The notes under the pieces were generated by a model, which searched no databases, was not told the DNA's origin, and worked only from the letters and a program-made list of their open reading frames with translations. Source: Acidimicrobiales bacterium (GTDB lineage: Bacteria; Actinomycetota; Acidimicrobiia; Acidimicrobiales; Bog-793). Taken from it: a stretch of DNA of 64,000 nt. Made by a program: the position numbers and the translations under genes. Positions 37,208-45,678 of the stretch are shown here, piece after piece. Location: positions 74,785 to 138,784 of the forward strand of contig JBOGHW010000036.1 of assembly GCA_050744865.1 (NCBI GenBank). Reading direction: 5' to 3'. Numbering within the stretch: the first letter of the stretch is position 1; every line of letters starts with the position of its first letter.

Positions 37208-38032
37208 GTGCCGGCCCGTTGTGCACAGAGCCCGACCAAGCTGCTGGCGTGTCTGGCCGTAGCTGCAACGCTGGCCGCCTGCGGCACTGCCACGCCTGCC
37301 GGAGGGCGCCACGCATCGGTCCCCGCCTCGGCGCACGCGGCACCAGGTACCAGAAGGGCGACGACCTCGATCTCCACCTCGACCTCCACCTCGACTTCCA
37401 CTTCGACTTCGACTTCGACTTCGACGCCGACTTCAAGCACGACGATGCCCCCTGGCGCACATCCGGCGTTCGCCTGGTCCGTCGCCACCGTCACCGCCGC
37501 CGATGTGCCCTATACCTGGCGCCCGGGATGCCCGGTCGGCCCTGCCCAGCTGCGGATGCTGACGATGTCGTTCTGGGGCTTCGACTCGCAGGCCCACACA
37601 GGGACCATGGTGGTCAACGCCGCGGTCGTGGCCGACGTGGTCACGGTCTTCAAGACGCTCTACGACGACAAGTTCCCCATCCTTTCGATGGTTCCAGAGG
37701 ACCATTTCAAGGGCCACGACCCGCTCTCGATGGCGGCCGACAATACCTCCGGTTTCAACTGCCGGCTGGCCGTCGCCGACGGTCCGCCTGAGTGGTCGGT
37801 GCATGCCTACGGCGAAGCGATCGACGTGAACCCGGCCCAGAACCCCTACGTCTTCAACGGTGTCGCCCAGCCGGCCGCCGGCGCCGTATACATGAACCGC
37901 TCAGACGTCCGTCCCGGCATGGCCTACTGGGGAGGCGAGCTCGTCGACGCCTTCGCCTCAGTGGGTTGGTACTGGGGCGGTCGCTGGACGGGCGGCCCGG
38001 ATTACCAGCACTTCTCGCTGACTGGAGGCTGA
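37208..38032 (+). CDS. M15-family (VanY/D-Ala-D-Ala carboxypeptidase-like) lipoprotein with a (Thr-Ser)n linker
   Basis: Start uncertain (TTG 37142 or GTG 37208). Lipobox LAAC. TSISTSTSTSTSTSTSTSTSTSTPTSS linker. Zinc-ligand motifs SVHAYGEAIDVN and DYQHFS. Confidence 0.82.
   Translation: MPARCAQSPTKLLACLAVAATLAACGTATPAGGRHASVPASAHAAPGTRRATTSISTSTSTSTSTSTSTSTSTPTSSTTMPPGAHPAFAWSVATVTAADVPYTWRPGCPVGPAQLRMLTMSFWGFDSQAHTGTMVVNAAVVADVVTVFKTLYDDKFPILSMVPEDHFKGHDPLSMAADNTSGFNCRLAVADGPPEWSVHAYGEAIDVNPAQNPYVFNGVAQPAAGAVYMNRSDVRPGMAYWGGELVDAFASVGWYWGGRWTGGPDYQHFSLTGG
37364..37436 (+). repeat. Hexanucleotide (CGACYT/CCACCT) microsatellite encoding a (Thr-Ser)n linker inside the M15 peptidase gene
   Basis: acctcgatctccacctcgacctccacctcgacttccacttcgacttcgacttcgacttcgacgccgacttc. 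Confidence 0.85.
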
Positions 38033-38040
38033 CACGAGCG

Positions 38041-38403
38041 TCATCCGCGGCGGAGGCGATCGATCTGTCGCCGGTCGCGCTTAGTGGGCCGCCCACTGGC
38101 CGGATCCCGGAACAGCGGCGGCACAGCCTCTTCACGCGGAGGCGGTGGCGGGCTGTAGTCGACGAAACACCCAGCGGCCACCGCCGCCCCCACCCTCTTC
38201 TCCACAAGCTGAGCCACCTCGACCACCCGCTCCCGGCCGCCCGCCAACGCCGTCACCCTGTCGCCCAGGTGTATTGGCGTTGCGGGCTTGGCCGACGATC
38301 GATTGACACTGACGTGCCCGCCGCGGCACGCGTGGGTTGCATCAGACCGCGTCTTATAGAGCCTGATGGACCACAACCACTTGTCGACTCGCACGCTGTC
38401 CAT
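38041..38403 (-). CDS. S4-domain RNA-binding protein (Hsp15-like)
   Basis: 120-aa ORF starting VRVDKWLWSIRLYKTRSDATHACRGGHVSVN, an S4 fold signature. Confidence 0.85.
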   Translation of the reverse strand: MDSVRVDKWLWSIRLYKTRSDATHACRGGHVSVNRSSAKPATPIHLGDRVTALAGGRERVVEVAQLVEKRVGAAVAAGCFVDYSPPPPPREEAVPPLFRDPASGRPTKRDRRQIDRLRRG

Positions 38404-38525
38404 GCCGACACTGTTGTAGCGCGCTGGGCGGCTCAGTGGCTAAGGCTGCCTCGGTGCAGGTTGGCGGGCCGCGGCGGCAGCGGCGGCGGCGGCGGCGACA
38501 GCGGCAGCGTATGCGCGGCCTCAGC

Positions 38526-38664
38526 GGCGGCGTATCGGAAGCTGAGGAGCTGAGCTCCCGCCTAGAGGGAGATTCTCTCCTCGGGTTGGCGGCGGGTGGC
38601 GGCGTATCGGAAGCTGAGGAGCTGAGCTCCCGCCTAGAGGGAGATACTCTCCTCGGGTTGGCGG
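38526..38664. repeat. 72-bp direct repeat x2 in a divergent intergenic region
   Basis: GGCGGCGTATCGGAAGCTGAGGAGCTGAGCTCCCGCCTAGAGGGAGAT(T/A)CTCTCCTCGGGTTGGCGG occurs at 38526 and 38598 with one mismatch. Each copy contains small hairpins (GGAGC-TGA-GCTCC). Confidence 0.9.
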
Positions 38665-38765
38665 GTTGGCGGTTGGCGGGTTGGCGGTTGGCGGTTGGCG
38701 GGCCGGCGGCGGTCGGCGGGCGGCGGTTGGCGGTTGGCGGGCCGGCGGCGGTTGGCGGGCGGCGC
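38652..38765 (+). repeat. G-rich GGTTGGC/GGCGGGC heptad-like tract (strand-asymmetric)
   Basis: CTCGGGTTGGCGGGTTGGCGGTTGGCGGGTTGGCGGTTGGCGGTTGGCGGGCCGGCGGCGGTCGGCGGGCGGCGGTTGGCGGTTGGCGGGCCGGCGGCGGTTGGCGGGCGGCG. It has seven or more GGG runs on the plus strand and ends ~50 nt before the S53 peptidase start. Confidence 0.85.
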
Positions 38766-38816
38766 CTCAGATCCAAGAGTAGAAACGACACCAACTTCGG
38801 CAAAGGAGTAGCACCA

Positions 38817-40604
38817 ATGAACAGGCCGCACCCGCGCACCCTCCCTGCTTGCCTGGCCACAGCGCTTGTCCTGGCGCTTGCCGCAACCTACCTATTCACG
38901 CCGGCCCAAGCGGCACGAGCGGGCAACGCGCCCGCTGCCGGACGAACGGCGGCGATCTCGCCGCCCAGCTCGTTCCTGCCAGGCCGCGTAAGTGGCCTCC
39001 CGATGCTCACAGCAGCGGCGCTGAGGGACATCACCCCTGCCGAGGCAGCTCCTACGCCGCTCCCATCACCGCAAAGTCAGGTGAGCGTGTTGACAGCGGT
39101 CCTCAAGAAGATGGAGAAGAACTACTCGACCTATGCGGGTTACGAGCCGGGTCCTGTCGACATCCTCGACTACGGGATAGGCAAGCTCTGGTTGCAAGGG
39201 ATTGACGGCGCCGGCACGACTATCGCGGTGATCGAGGGTTGGGACGACCCGGACATCGCCCACACTGTGGCCGGCTACGACCACGTATTCGGCTTGCCGA
39301 ACCCGCAGATTCAGACGATCTACCCCTCCGGCAACGGCAAGCTGCCGGCCAAGTGCCCGGCCGGGATGGTCGTTCTCGGCAGCTACGGGTCTTGCGAAGG
39401 CTGGGAGGGCGAGCTGACCCTCGACGTCCTGACAGCCCACCTCATCGCTCCGTACGCCAAGATCCTGATCTCGGTCACTCCTGCCGACAGCGAGGTGAAC
39501 GGCGACCCGGCGAGCAACGTAGCCCCGCCGGAGATGATGGAAGCGCTGGAGGCGATCAGCTCGGCACACCTTGCCAACGTCATATCCATCAGCGACGGCA
39601 CCGGGGAGAGCACCTACAGCTACGGGGATGCCGAGATCGCCGCCCAGGACCCCGGAGAGCTCGCTGCCGCAGCGGCCGGGATCCCGGTGCTCGTGGCCAC
39701 GGGAGACTGCGGCGTCGTGCAGAACCTGGCAGTCGCAAACGGGCAGTGCGAGGATGTCTCCACCGGGCCGGACACCGCCGCATGGGACGACTCCCCCTGG
39801 GTGACCGCGGTTGGGGGCAGCGAGCCCGACCTCAGCTCGACAGGCAAACGGCTCGGACCCGACCCGCTCTGGCACGTCGACAACGTCTATTCAGAGGGTG
39901 CCGGCTACTCATCGGTGTTCAAGCGTCCGAGTTACCAGGACGCCGTGGCGTCGATAACCAACAGTGGCATGCGCTCGGTTCCCGACATCACGATGGACGC
40001 CTCGAACGGCACCTCGGAGGCTGCTCCGATGCTGGCCGGCGTCCTGGCCCTGGCAACCCAGGTCAACAAAGGAAACATCGGCCCCATCAACCCGGCGTTG
40101 TACTCCGCGCTCGGCCCGCACGGTGCGGCTGACGGCATCATCGATGTAGTCAGCGGCAACGACTCGGCCGAGACAGCGGCGGGGAAGGTGACCGTGCCCG
40201 GCTTCACCGCAACCAAAGGCTTCGACGTGGCGAGTGGGTGGGGGACCGTCTTCGCTCCGCGCTTCGTCGCAAGCCTCGTGGCTGCGACCAAGGCTGCTCA
40301 ACAGGAGAAGCCTGCACGCGCCGAGGCGGCGGCCGATCTGGCAGAGCTTCGCCATGACATCACGCTGTCGCCGAACAACGTGGCGGCAGGCGGAGTCTCA
40401 TATTTGCTGGCCAGCGGCTTCCTTCCCGGCCACCCGGTAAAGCTCATGATTGGTGGCACCGCGGTGGCGACGTTGACGGCCACGGCCCTAGGGACTGTCG
40501 CCTACATGATCGACCCGGCTCTCCTCAAACTTGCGAGTGGCGCGCACCTGGTGACGTTGCACAGCATGCTCGTCAACGTCACGGCTTCCTTCAAGAGCAG
40601 TTGA
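38817..40604 (+). CDS. Secreted S8/S53 peptidase with sedolisin-type catalytic motifs
   Basis: ORF 38436.. trimmed to ATG 38817 (AAAGGAG at 38802-38808), because the upstream part is non-coding repeat. Signal peptide ending AQAARA. Motifs GELTLDV (Glu/Asp), ATGDCG (oxyanion Asp) and NGTSEAAP (Ser). Confidence 0.82.
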   Translation: MNRPHPRTLPACLATALVLALAATYLFTPAQAARAGNAPAAGRTAAISPPSSFLPGRVSGLPMLTAAALRDITPAEAAPTPLPSPQSQVSVLTAVLKKMEKNYSTYAGYEPGPVDILDYGIGKLWLQGIDGAGTTIAVIEGWDDPDIAHTVAGYDHVFGLPNPQIQTIYPSGNGKLPAKCPAGMVVLGSYGSCEGWEGELTLDVLTAHLIAPYAKILISVTPADSEVNGDPASNVAPPEMMEALEAISSAHLANVISISDGTGESTYSYGDAEIAAQDPGELAAAAAGIPVLVATGDCGVVQNLAVANGQCEDVSTGPDTAAWDDSPWVTAVGGSEPDLSSTGKRLGPDPLWHVDNVYSEGAGYSSVFKRPSYQDAVASITNSGMRSVPDITMDASNGTSEAAPMLAGVLALATQVNKGNIGPINPALYSALGPHGAADGIIDVVSGNDSAETAAGKVTVPGFTATKGFDVASGWGTVFAPRFVASLVAATKAAQQEKPARAEAAADLAELRHDITLSPNNVAAGGVSYLLASGFLPGHPVKLMIGGTAVATLTATALGTVAYMIDPALLKLASGAHLVTLHSMLVNVTASFKSS

Positions 40605-40629
40605 CCACCGAAAGGACGGCACACTGGGC

Positions 40630-40652
40630 AATGGTTCGGTCACCGAACCATT
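40630..40652. promoter_or_regulatory. Perfect 23-bp palindrome AATGGTTCGGT-C-ACCGAACCATT (candidate MarR operator or terminator stem)
   Basis: 11-nt perfect inverted arms around one central base. It lies 26 nt after the S53 peptidase stop and ~150 nt before the MarR GTG start. Confidence 0.5.
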
Positions 40653-40800
40653 ATCGCTATGCTGGGCCCCGTGCCGACCCGAGCCAGGACCGCCCGATCT
40701 CCAGCTCCCGAGAGAGCGGGCGCCGATCCCCGCGCCTGACCCAGGCCCGACCACAGGGGCTACGACGCCGCGCCCGGTCCCAGCCGCGCTGCCGACCGCG

Positions 40801-41340
40801 GTGCCGACCACGGGGGAGGCGGCCATCGTGGCGGTCCGCGCCCTGGCGCGGGCGGCGCGCCTGATCGAGCGGGCGTCGGAGGAGCTGAACTTCGCCCACT
40901 ACCGCGTGCTGGCGGCCGTCGCCTCGGGAGACGAACGCGCCTCACGGGTCGCCGCTCGGCTGGCGCTCGGCAAGCCCACAGTGAGCGCCGCGGTCGAGTC
41001 CCTGTGCCAGCGCGGGCTGCTCTCCCGAAGCGGTCTGGCAAGCGACCAGCGGGTGGCCACCCTGAGATTGACTGCCGAGGGCGAGGCCGTCCTGCAGCGG
41101 GTCGAGGCTGCCATGACCTCCGTGCTCGGCGACATCTTCAGCCGCACCCCCGACGCCGACCAAGTGCTGCAGTCACTCGCGTGGCTCGGCACCGCCATCG
41201 ACGAGCGACGAGCCGCTCACCACGCCGGACGGCGCACCCAGCCGGAGCGGCCGGGCGAGCCAGGACAGCCGGAGCAGCCGGGCGAGCCAGGGCGGCCGGG
41301 CGAGCCAGGGCGGCCGGGCGAGCCAGGACAGCCGGGGTGA
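40801..41340 (+). CDS. MarR-family transcriptional regulator with a C-terminal PGEPG repeat tail
   Basis: 179-aa ORF with GTG start. Winged HTH ASRVAARLALGKPTVSAAVESLCQRGLLSR. Tail [32 protein letters not shown]. Confidence 0.85.
   Translation: MPTTGEAAIVAVRALARAARLIERASEELNFAHYRVLAAVASGDERASRVAARLALGKPTVSAAVESLCQRGLLSRSGLASDQRVATLRLTAEGEAVLQRVEAAMTSVLGDIFSRTPDADQVLQSLAWLGTAIDERRAAHHAGRRTQPERPGEPGQPEQPGEPGRPGEPGRPGEPGQPG
41241..41337 (+). repeat. 18-bp tandem repeat (CCGGGCGAGCCAGGRCRG) encoding the PGEPG tail of MarR
   Basis: Units at 41251, 41278, 41296 and 41314, plus partial units. The repeat ends at the GTGA overlap with the ABC exporter start. Confidence 0.85.
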
Positions 41341-44300
41341 GCGAGCAGGCCAAGGCGCCAGGATGGGTCCGTCGGCTCTGGGGACACATGCTCCGCCACA
41401 AGCGGGACGTCGCGCTCAGCTTGTGCGGCGCAGTCCTTGGCAGCGCCTGCCTGACGCTGGTGCCTCTCGTCGAGCGCCAGATAGTCGACGGTGTCATACT
41501 CACACACTCGTCGGCCCTCTGGCCCTGGATCACCCTCCTACTCGTACTCGGAGCAGGCGCTTTCGGCGGCGCCTACCTTCGCCGCTTCCGGGGCGGCCGG
41601 GTCGCCCTCGCAGTTCAATACGACCTGCGCAACGACATGCACGACCACTTGCAGGCAATGGACTTCGAGAACCTCGACAGGATGCCGACCGGCCAGCTGG
41701 TCGCCCGCGCCAACTCCGACTCCACGTTGGTGCAAGGGCTCCTGAGCTTCTTCCCGATCATGAGCGGCAACGTCCTGTTGATGTTCCTCTCGCTCGGCGT
41801 CATGGTCTACCTCTCGCCCCTGCTCGCGATCGTGAGCCTGGTCGTCGTGCCGGCCCTGCTCGTCGTGTCCTACAGGATGCGCTGGCGAATCTTCCCGGCC
41901 ACCTGGGACGGCCAGCAACGAGAAGGGGACGTCGCACAGATCGTGGACGAGGACGTCAACGGGGTGCGTGTGGTCAAGGCCTTCGGGCAGGAGCACCGCG
42001 AGCTGGAGCGAGTGGCCGGCGCCGCGGCGGTCCTGTACGGCTCCCAGATGAGAGCCGTCCGCCTGCAGTCCCGCTACCAGCCGGTTCTCGAAGCCATCCC
42101 TGTCGTCGGCCAAGTTGCGATCCTGGCTCTGGGCGGTTGGCTGGCTCTCCGCCATGAGATAACGCTCGGCACGTTCCTCGCCTTCTCGACTTACATCGCC
42201 CAGCTCATGGCTCCGGCCCGCCAACTGGCAGGCGTGCTCACCATCGGCCAGCAAGCAAGGGCTGGGATCGAGCGCATCTTCCAGCTTCTCGACTTGAAGC
42301 CGGCCGTCCGCGACCGGGACGACGCCATCGAGCTGGCCGAGCTGCGGGGGGAAGTCGACTTCGAGGGTGTCCACTTCGCCTACGGGGAGGGACACCCAGT
42401 CCTGCAAGGGGTCGATCTGCACATCGACGCCGGCGAGCATGTCGCCCTCGTCGGGGCGAGCGGGAGCGGGAAGTCGACGGTGGCAACGCTGGTGTCGCGG
42501 TTCTATGACCCGAACCAAGGGGCAGTCCTCGTGGACGGGCTCGACGTGCGCGACGTGTCGCTCGCTTCGCTGCGGCGACAGGTCGGCATGGTCTTCGAGG
42601 AGAGCTTCCTGTTCTCCGAGTCGGTGCGGGCCAACATCGCCTACAGCCGTCCGGACGCCACCGACACAGAGGTCGAGGCAGCCGCGCGGGCTGCCCAGGC
42701 CCACGAGTTCATCGAGGCGCTTCCTCGCCGATACGACACCGTCGTCGGCGAGCGGGGGCTAACCCTGTCCGGTGGGCAGCGGCAGCGCATCTGCCTCGCC
42801 CGGGCGATCCTCTCGGACCCGCGCATCTTGATCCTCGACGACGCCACGAGCGCAGTCGACTCCCGGATCGAAGAGTGCATCCACGACGCCCTCCGCTCGG
42901 TCATGGCCAACAGGACGATGATCCTGGTCGCCCACCGCCGCTCGACGCTGCACTTGGCCGACCGGATAGTCCTCGTGGAAGGCGGACGGGTTCTGGAGCA
43001 GGGCACGCACGAGTACCTCCTCTCCACGAGCGCTGCCTACCGGATGCTGCTGTCGGGGCTCGAAGAGGGCGAAGCCCAGGAAGTCGGCGACAACATCGAG
43101 TCGCTTGCCACGATCGCCTCACGAGTGCAGGCCGGCGGCACGACCGAGGCAGCCTGGGCAGGCGGCAGCAAAGGCGACCGGGCCAGCGCCAGGCAAGCCA
43201 CGATGGAGTCAGTGCGTGCGCCGAGCATCGGAGCCGGGCTGGGCGGCGGGGGCGGCGGCTGGCGCCGCAACCTGGCGCCGACCCCTGAGCTGTTGGCACG
43301 CGTCGACGCCCTCCCGCCTGTGAAGGACTTCCCCACCGTCGATCTGGCCGCCGAGTCTCGCCACGACAAGGCCTTCAGCTTGCGCAGGCTGGTCTACGAG
43401 TTCCGCAAGCCCTTGCTGGTCGGGCTCGTCCTCGTGGTGCTCGACGCGCTGGCGTCGCTGTCCGGTCCTGTGCTCGTCAAAGTTGGTATCGACAGCGGGG
43501 TGTCAGCCGGATCCGAAGGCGTGCTGTTCGCGGCCTCAGGTGTCTACCTTCTCATAACGCTGCTCGATCTCGTCGACGAGATCGGCGAGACGTTCATCAC
43601 CGGTCGCGTCGCCCAACGCGTCATGATGTCGCTCCGCATCCGCATCTGGGCCCAGCTGCAGCGGTTGTCGCTCGACTACTACGAGCGCGAGATGGCCGGG
43701 CGGATCATGACGCGGATGACCACCGACGTCGACCAGTTCGAGTCTCTCATCGAGAACGGCTTGCTGTCGGCTCTTGTGTCAATAGTCACGTTCGTCGGCG
43801 TCGGCGTCGCCCTCGTGCTCATCAACCCCGAGCTAGGGCTGTGCACGTTGACAGTCGTGGTGCCACTTGCGGCTGCCACCGTCGTCTTCCGCCGCAAGGC
43901 CGCACGCTTGTACGACCTGTCGCGTGAGCGGATAGCCATCGTCAACGCCGACTTCCAGGAGAGCCTCTCCGGCGTCCGCGAGTCTCAAGCTTTCGTGCAC
44001 GAGAGCTGGACGCGACAGCGCTTCCACCGGCTGGGCGGCGACTACCTCGAGTCCCGTGTCGCCGCCCAGCGCCTCGTCGCCGTCTACTTTCCCTACGTCC
44101 AGTTCCTTTCGGCGGCAGCCGACGCCATCGTGCTCGGGGTGGGTGCCGGGCTCATCGCCCGTGGCGACCTGCAGGCTGGTGCCCTTATCGCCTTCATCCT
44201 CTACATCGACTTGTTCTTCTCGCCCATCCAGCAGCTGTCCCAGGTCTTCGACGCTTGGCAGCAGACCCGCGTCTCGGTGTCCCGCATCTCCGAGCTGATG

Positions 44301-45203
44301 CAATTCGACACCCTGACGCCTCCGGCCGCCGACCCTGTACCGATCGACCGGCTGCAAGGTGGCGTCAGTCTGCAGGCCGTCCGCTTCGCCTACCCGTCTG
44401 CGCCGGGCTTCGGTGCCCCGGGCGGTGCCGGCGGCAGGCCGACCGAGCGCCGCGGACCGGCGGACGCCAGGCGCTTGCAAGCCGCCGACGCCGTAGCGGC
44501 CAAGCCACCGGAGGCGCTGCGGGGCATCGACTTGGACGTCCGGCCCGGCGAGACCGTCGCCCTCGTCGGGGAGACAGGGGCGGGAAAGTCGACGGTGATG
44601 AAGCTGGTCGCTCGTTTCTATGACCCTGGAGAGGGACATGTCCGCATCGACGACCACGATCTGCGCACCCTCGACCTGCCGTCGTTCAAGCGCCAGCTCG
44701 GCTACGTGCCGCAGGAAGCGTTCCTGTTCTCCGGGTCGATACGCGACAACATCGCCTACGGACGGCCCCTCGCCTCCGACGCCGAGGTGGAGGGCGCCGC
44801 CCGTTCCGTCGGTGCCCACGACTTCGTGGCGGAATTGCCGGGCGGCTACTTGCACGAGCTGACCGAACGCGGCCGGTCCCTATCGGCGGGACAACGCCAA
44901 TTGATAGCCCTCGCCCGGGCCGAGCTCGTCGATCCGGCCATCCTCCTGCTCGACGAAGCAACTTCGAACCTCGACCTCGTCACCGAGGCGCGCGTCTCAG
45001 CTGCCATGCAGAAGGTCTCACGAGGCAGGACGACGATCCTCATCGCCCACCGGCTCCAGACAGCTCGCCAGGCCCACCGGATCGTCGTGCTCGACCACGG
45101 CCAGGTCGTCGAGGTTGGGTCGCACGAGGAGCTTCTCGCCGCCGCTGGGGCCTACGCCTCGATGTGGGAAGCCTTCGACCTCGTGGGCAGCCGGGCAAGT
45201 TGA
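41337..45203 (+). CDS. Fused full-length ABC exporter (TMD-NBD-TMD-NBD)
   Basis: ORF 41004.. trimmed to GTG 41337, overlapping the MarR stop (GTGA). Two type-I exporter TMDs. NBD1 has [17 protein letters not shown] and [15 protein letters not shown]2 has [17 protein letters not shown] and [12 protein letters not shown]. Confidence 0.92.
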   Translation: MSEQAKAPGWVRRLWGHMLRHKRDVALSLCGAVLGSACLTLVPLVERQIVDGVILTHSSALWPWITLLLVLGAGAFGGAYLRRFRGGRVALAVQYDLRNDMHDHLQAMDFENLDRMPTGQLVARANSDSTLVQGLLSFFPIMSGNVLLMFLSLGVMVYLSPLLAIVSLVVVPALLVVSYRMRWRIFPATWDGQQREGDVAQIVDEDVNGVRVVKAFGQEHRELERVAGAAAVLYGSQMRAVRLQSRYQPVLEAIPVVGQVAILALGGWLALRHEITLGTFLAFSTYIAQLMAPARQLAGVLTIGQQARAGIERIFQLLDLKPAVRDRDDAIELAELRGEVDFEGVHFAYGEGHPVLQGVDLHIDAGEHVALVGASGSGKSTVATLVSRFYDPNQGAVLVDGLDVRDVSLASLRRQVGMVFEESFLFSESVRANIAYSRPDATDTEVEAAARAAQAHEFIEALPRRYDTVVGERGLTLSGGQRQRICLARAILSDPRILILDDATSAVDSRIEECIHDALRSVMANRTMILVAHRRSTLHLADRIVLVEGGRVLEQGTHEYLLSTSAAYRMLLSGLEEGEAQEVGDNIESLATIASRVQAGGTTEAAWAGGSKGDRASARQATMESVRAPSIGAGLGGGGGGWRRNLAPTPELLARVDALPPVKDFPTVDLAAESRHDKAFSLRRLVYEFRKPLLVGLVLVVLDALASLSGPVLVKVGIDSGVSAGSEGVLFAASGVYLLITLLDLVDEIGETFITGRVAQRVMMSLRIRIWAQLQRLSLDYYEREMAGRIMTRMTTDVDQFESLIENGLLSALVSIVTFVGVGVALVLINPELGLCTLTVVVPLAAATVVFRRKAARLYDLSRERIAIVNADFQESLSGVRESQAFVHESWTRQRFHRLGGDYLESRVAAQRLVAVYFPYVQFLSAAADAIVLGVGAGLIARGDLQAGALIAFILYIDLFFSPIQQLSQVFDAWQQTRVSVSRISELMQFDTLTPPAADPVPIDRLQGGVSLQAVRFAYPSAPGFGAPGGAGGRPTERRGPADARRLQAADAVAAKPPEALRGIDLDVRPGETVALVGETGAGKSTVMKLVARFYDPGEGHVRIDDHDLRTLDLPSFKRQLGYVPQEAFLFSGSIRDNIAYGRPLASDAEVEGAARSVGAHDFVAELPGGYLHELTERGRSLSAGQRQLIALARAELVDPAILLLDEATSNLDLVTEARVSAAMQKVSRGRTTILIAHRLQTARQAHRIVVLDHGQVVEVGSHEELLAAAGAYASMWEAFDLVGSRAS

Positions 45204-45250
45204 GCGGCTGCCGGGCCTGAGCTGCCTAGCCTGAGCTGCGGCGCCGGGCG

Positions 45251-45309
45251 AGGTGGGCCGCCGGACGTACGTTGCCAGGCGCAATTCGGCGCGTGAGACG
45301 GCCCACCTG
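45251..45309 (-). repeat. Palindromic intergenic repeat, copy C (inverted orientation)
   Basis: The reverse complement reads AGGTGGGCCGTCTCACGCGCCGAATTGCGCCTGGCAACGTACGTCCGGCGGCCCACCT. It abuts the 36-bp tandem array. Confidence 0.85.
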
Positions 45310-45310
45310 G

Positions 45311-45605
45311 GCTCCGGGTCCGCATCGGGCCTGGCAGCCGGCCTGAGCTCCGGGTCCGCACCGGGTCTGGCAGCGGGCCTGGGCTCCGGGTCCGCATCGG
45401 GCCTGGCAGCCGGCCTGAGCTCCGGGTCCGCATCGGGTCTGGCAGCGGGCCTGGGCTCCGGATCCGCATCGGGCCTGGCAGCCGGCCTGAGCTCCGGGTC
45501 CGCATCGGGTCTGGCAGCCGGCCTGAGCTCCGGGTCCGCATCGGGTCTGGCAGCGGGCCTGGGCTCCGGGTCCGCACCAGGTCCCGCACCGGTCTGGCAG
45601 CGGGC
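45311..45605. repeat. 36-bp tandem repeat, about 8 units, non-coding
   Basis: The unit GCTCCGGGTCCGCATCGGG(C/T)CTGGCAGC(C/G)GGCCTG(A/G) starts at 45311, 45347, 45383, 45419, 45455, 45491 and 45527, with a degenerate unit at 45563. Two alternating variants. Located in the convergent intergenic region between the ABC exporter and GNAT genes. Confidence 0.9.
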
Positions 45606-45678
45606 AAGGTGCGCCGCCCGAGCTCCCCACCGGCTTCAAGACGACCGGCCGGCCGGTCGTGCCCTTCCGCCTGCGGCC

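Noticed and set aside
38436-38816. N-terminal 127-codon extension of the S53 peptidase ORF, and the 168-aa minus-strand ORF 38354-38860
   Set aside because: Both are composed of the GGC tract, the 72-bp repeats and the G-rich heptads. A good RBS and signal peptide begin at ATG 38817.
41538-42704. 388-aa minus-strand ORF, with similar ORFs at 43833-44855
   Set aside because: They are antisense to the fused ABC exporter, which has Walker and signature motifs in the plus frame.
45311-45605. Possible CRISPR array (regular 36-bp periodicity)
   Set aside because: The units are contiguous with no unique spacers, and no cas genes are in the window. It is a minisatellite, not a CRISPR array.
45226-45639. 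137-aa minus-strand Cys-rich repeat ORF ([12 protein letters not shown])n, considered as a possible RiPP-like or repeat peptide gene
   Set aside because: It is wholly made of the 36-bp tandem repeat and ends inside the palindromic element. It has no RBS or signal sequence, and all six frames are open here. Kept only as a caveat in the tandem-repeat finding.
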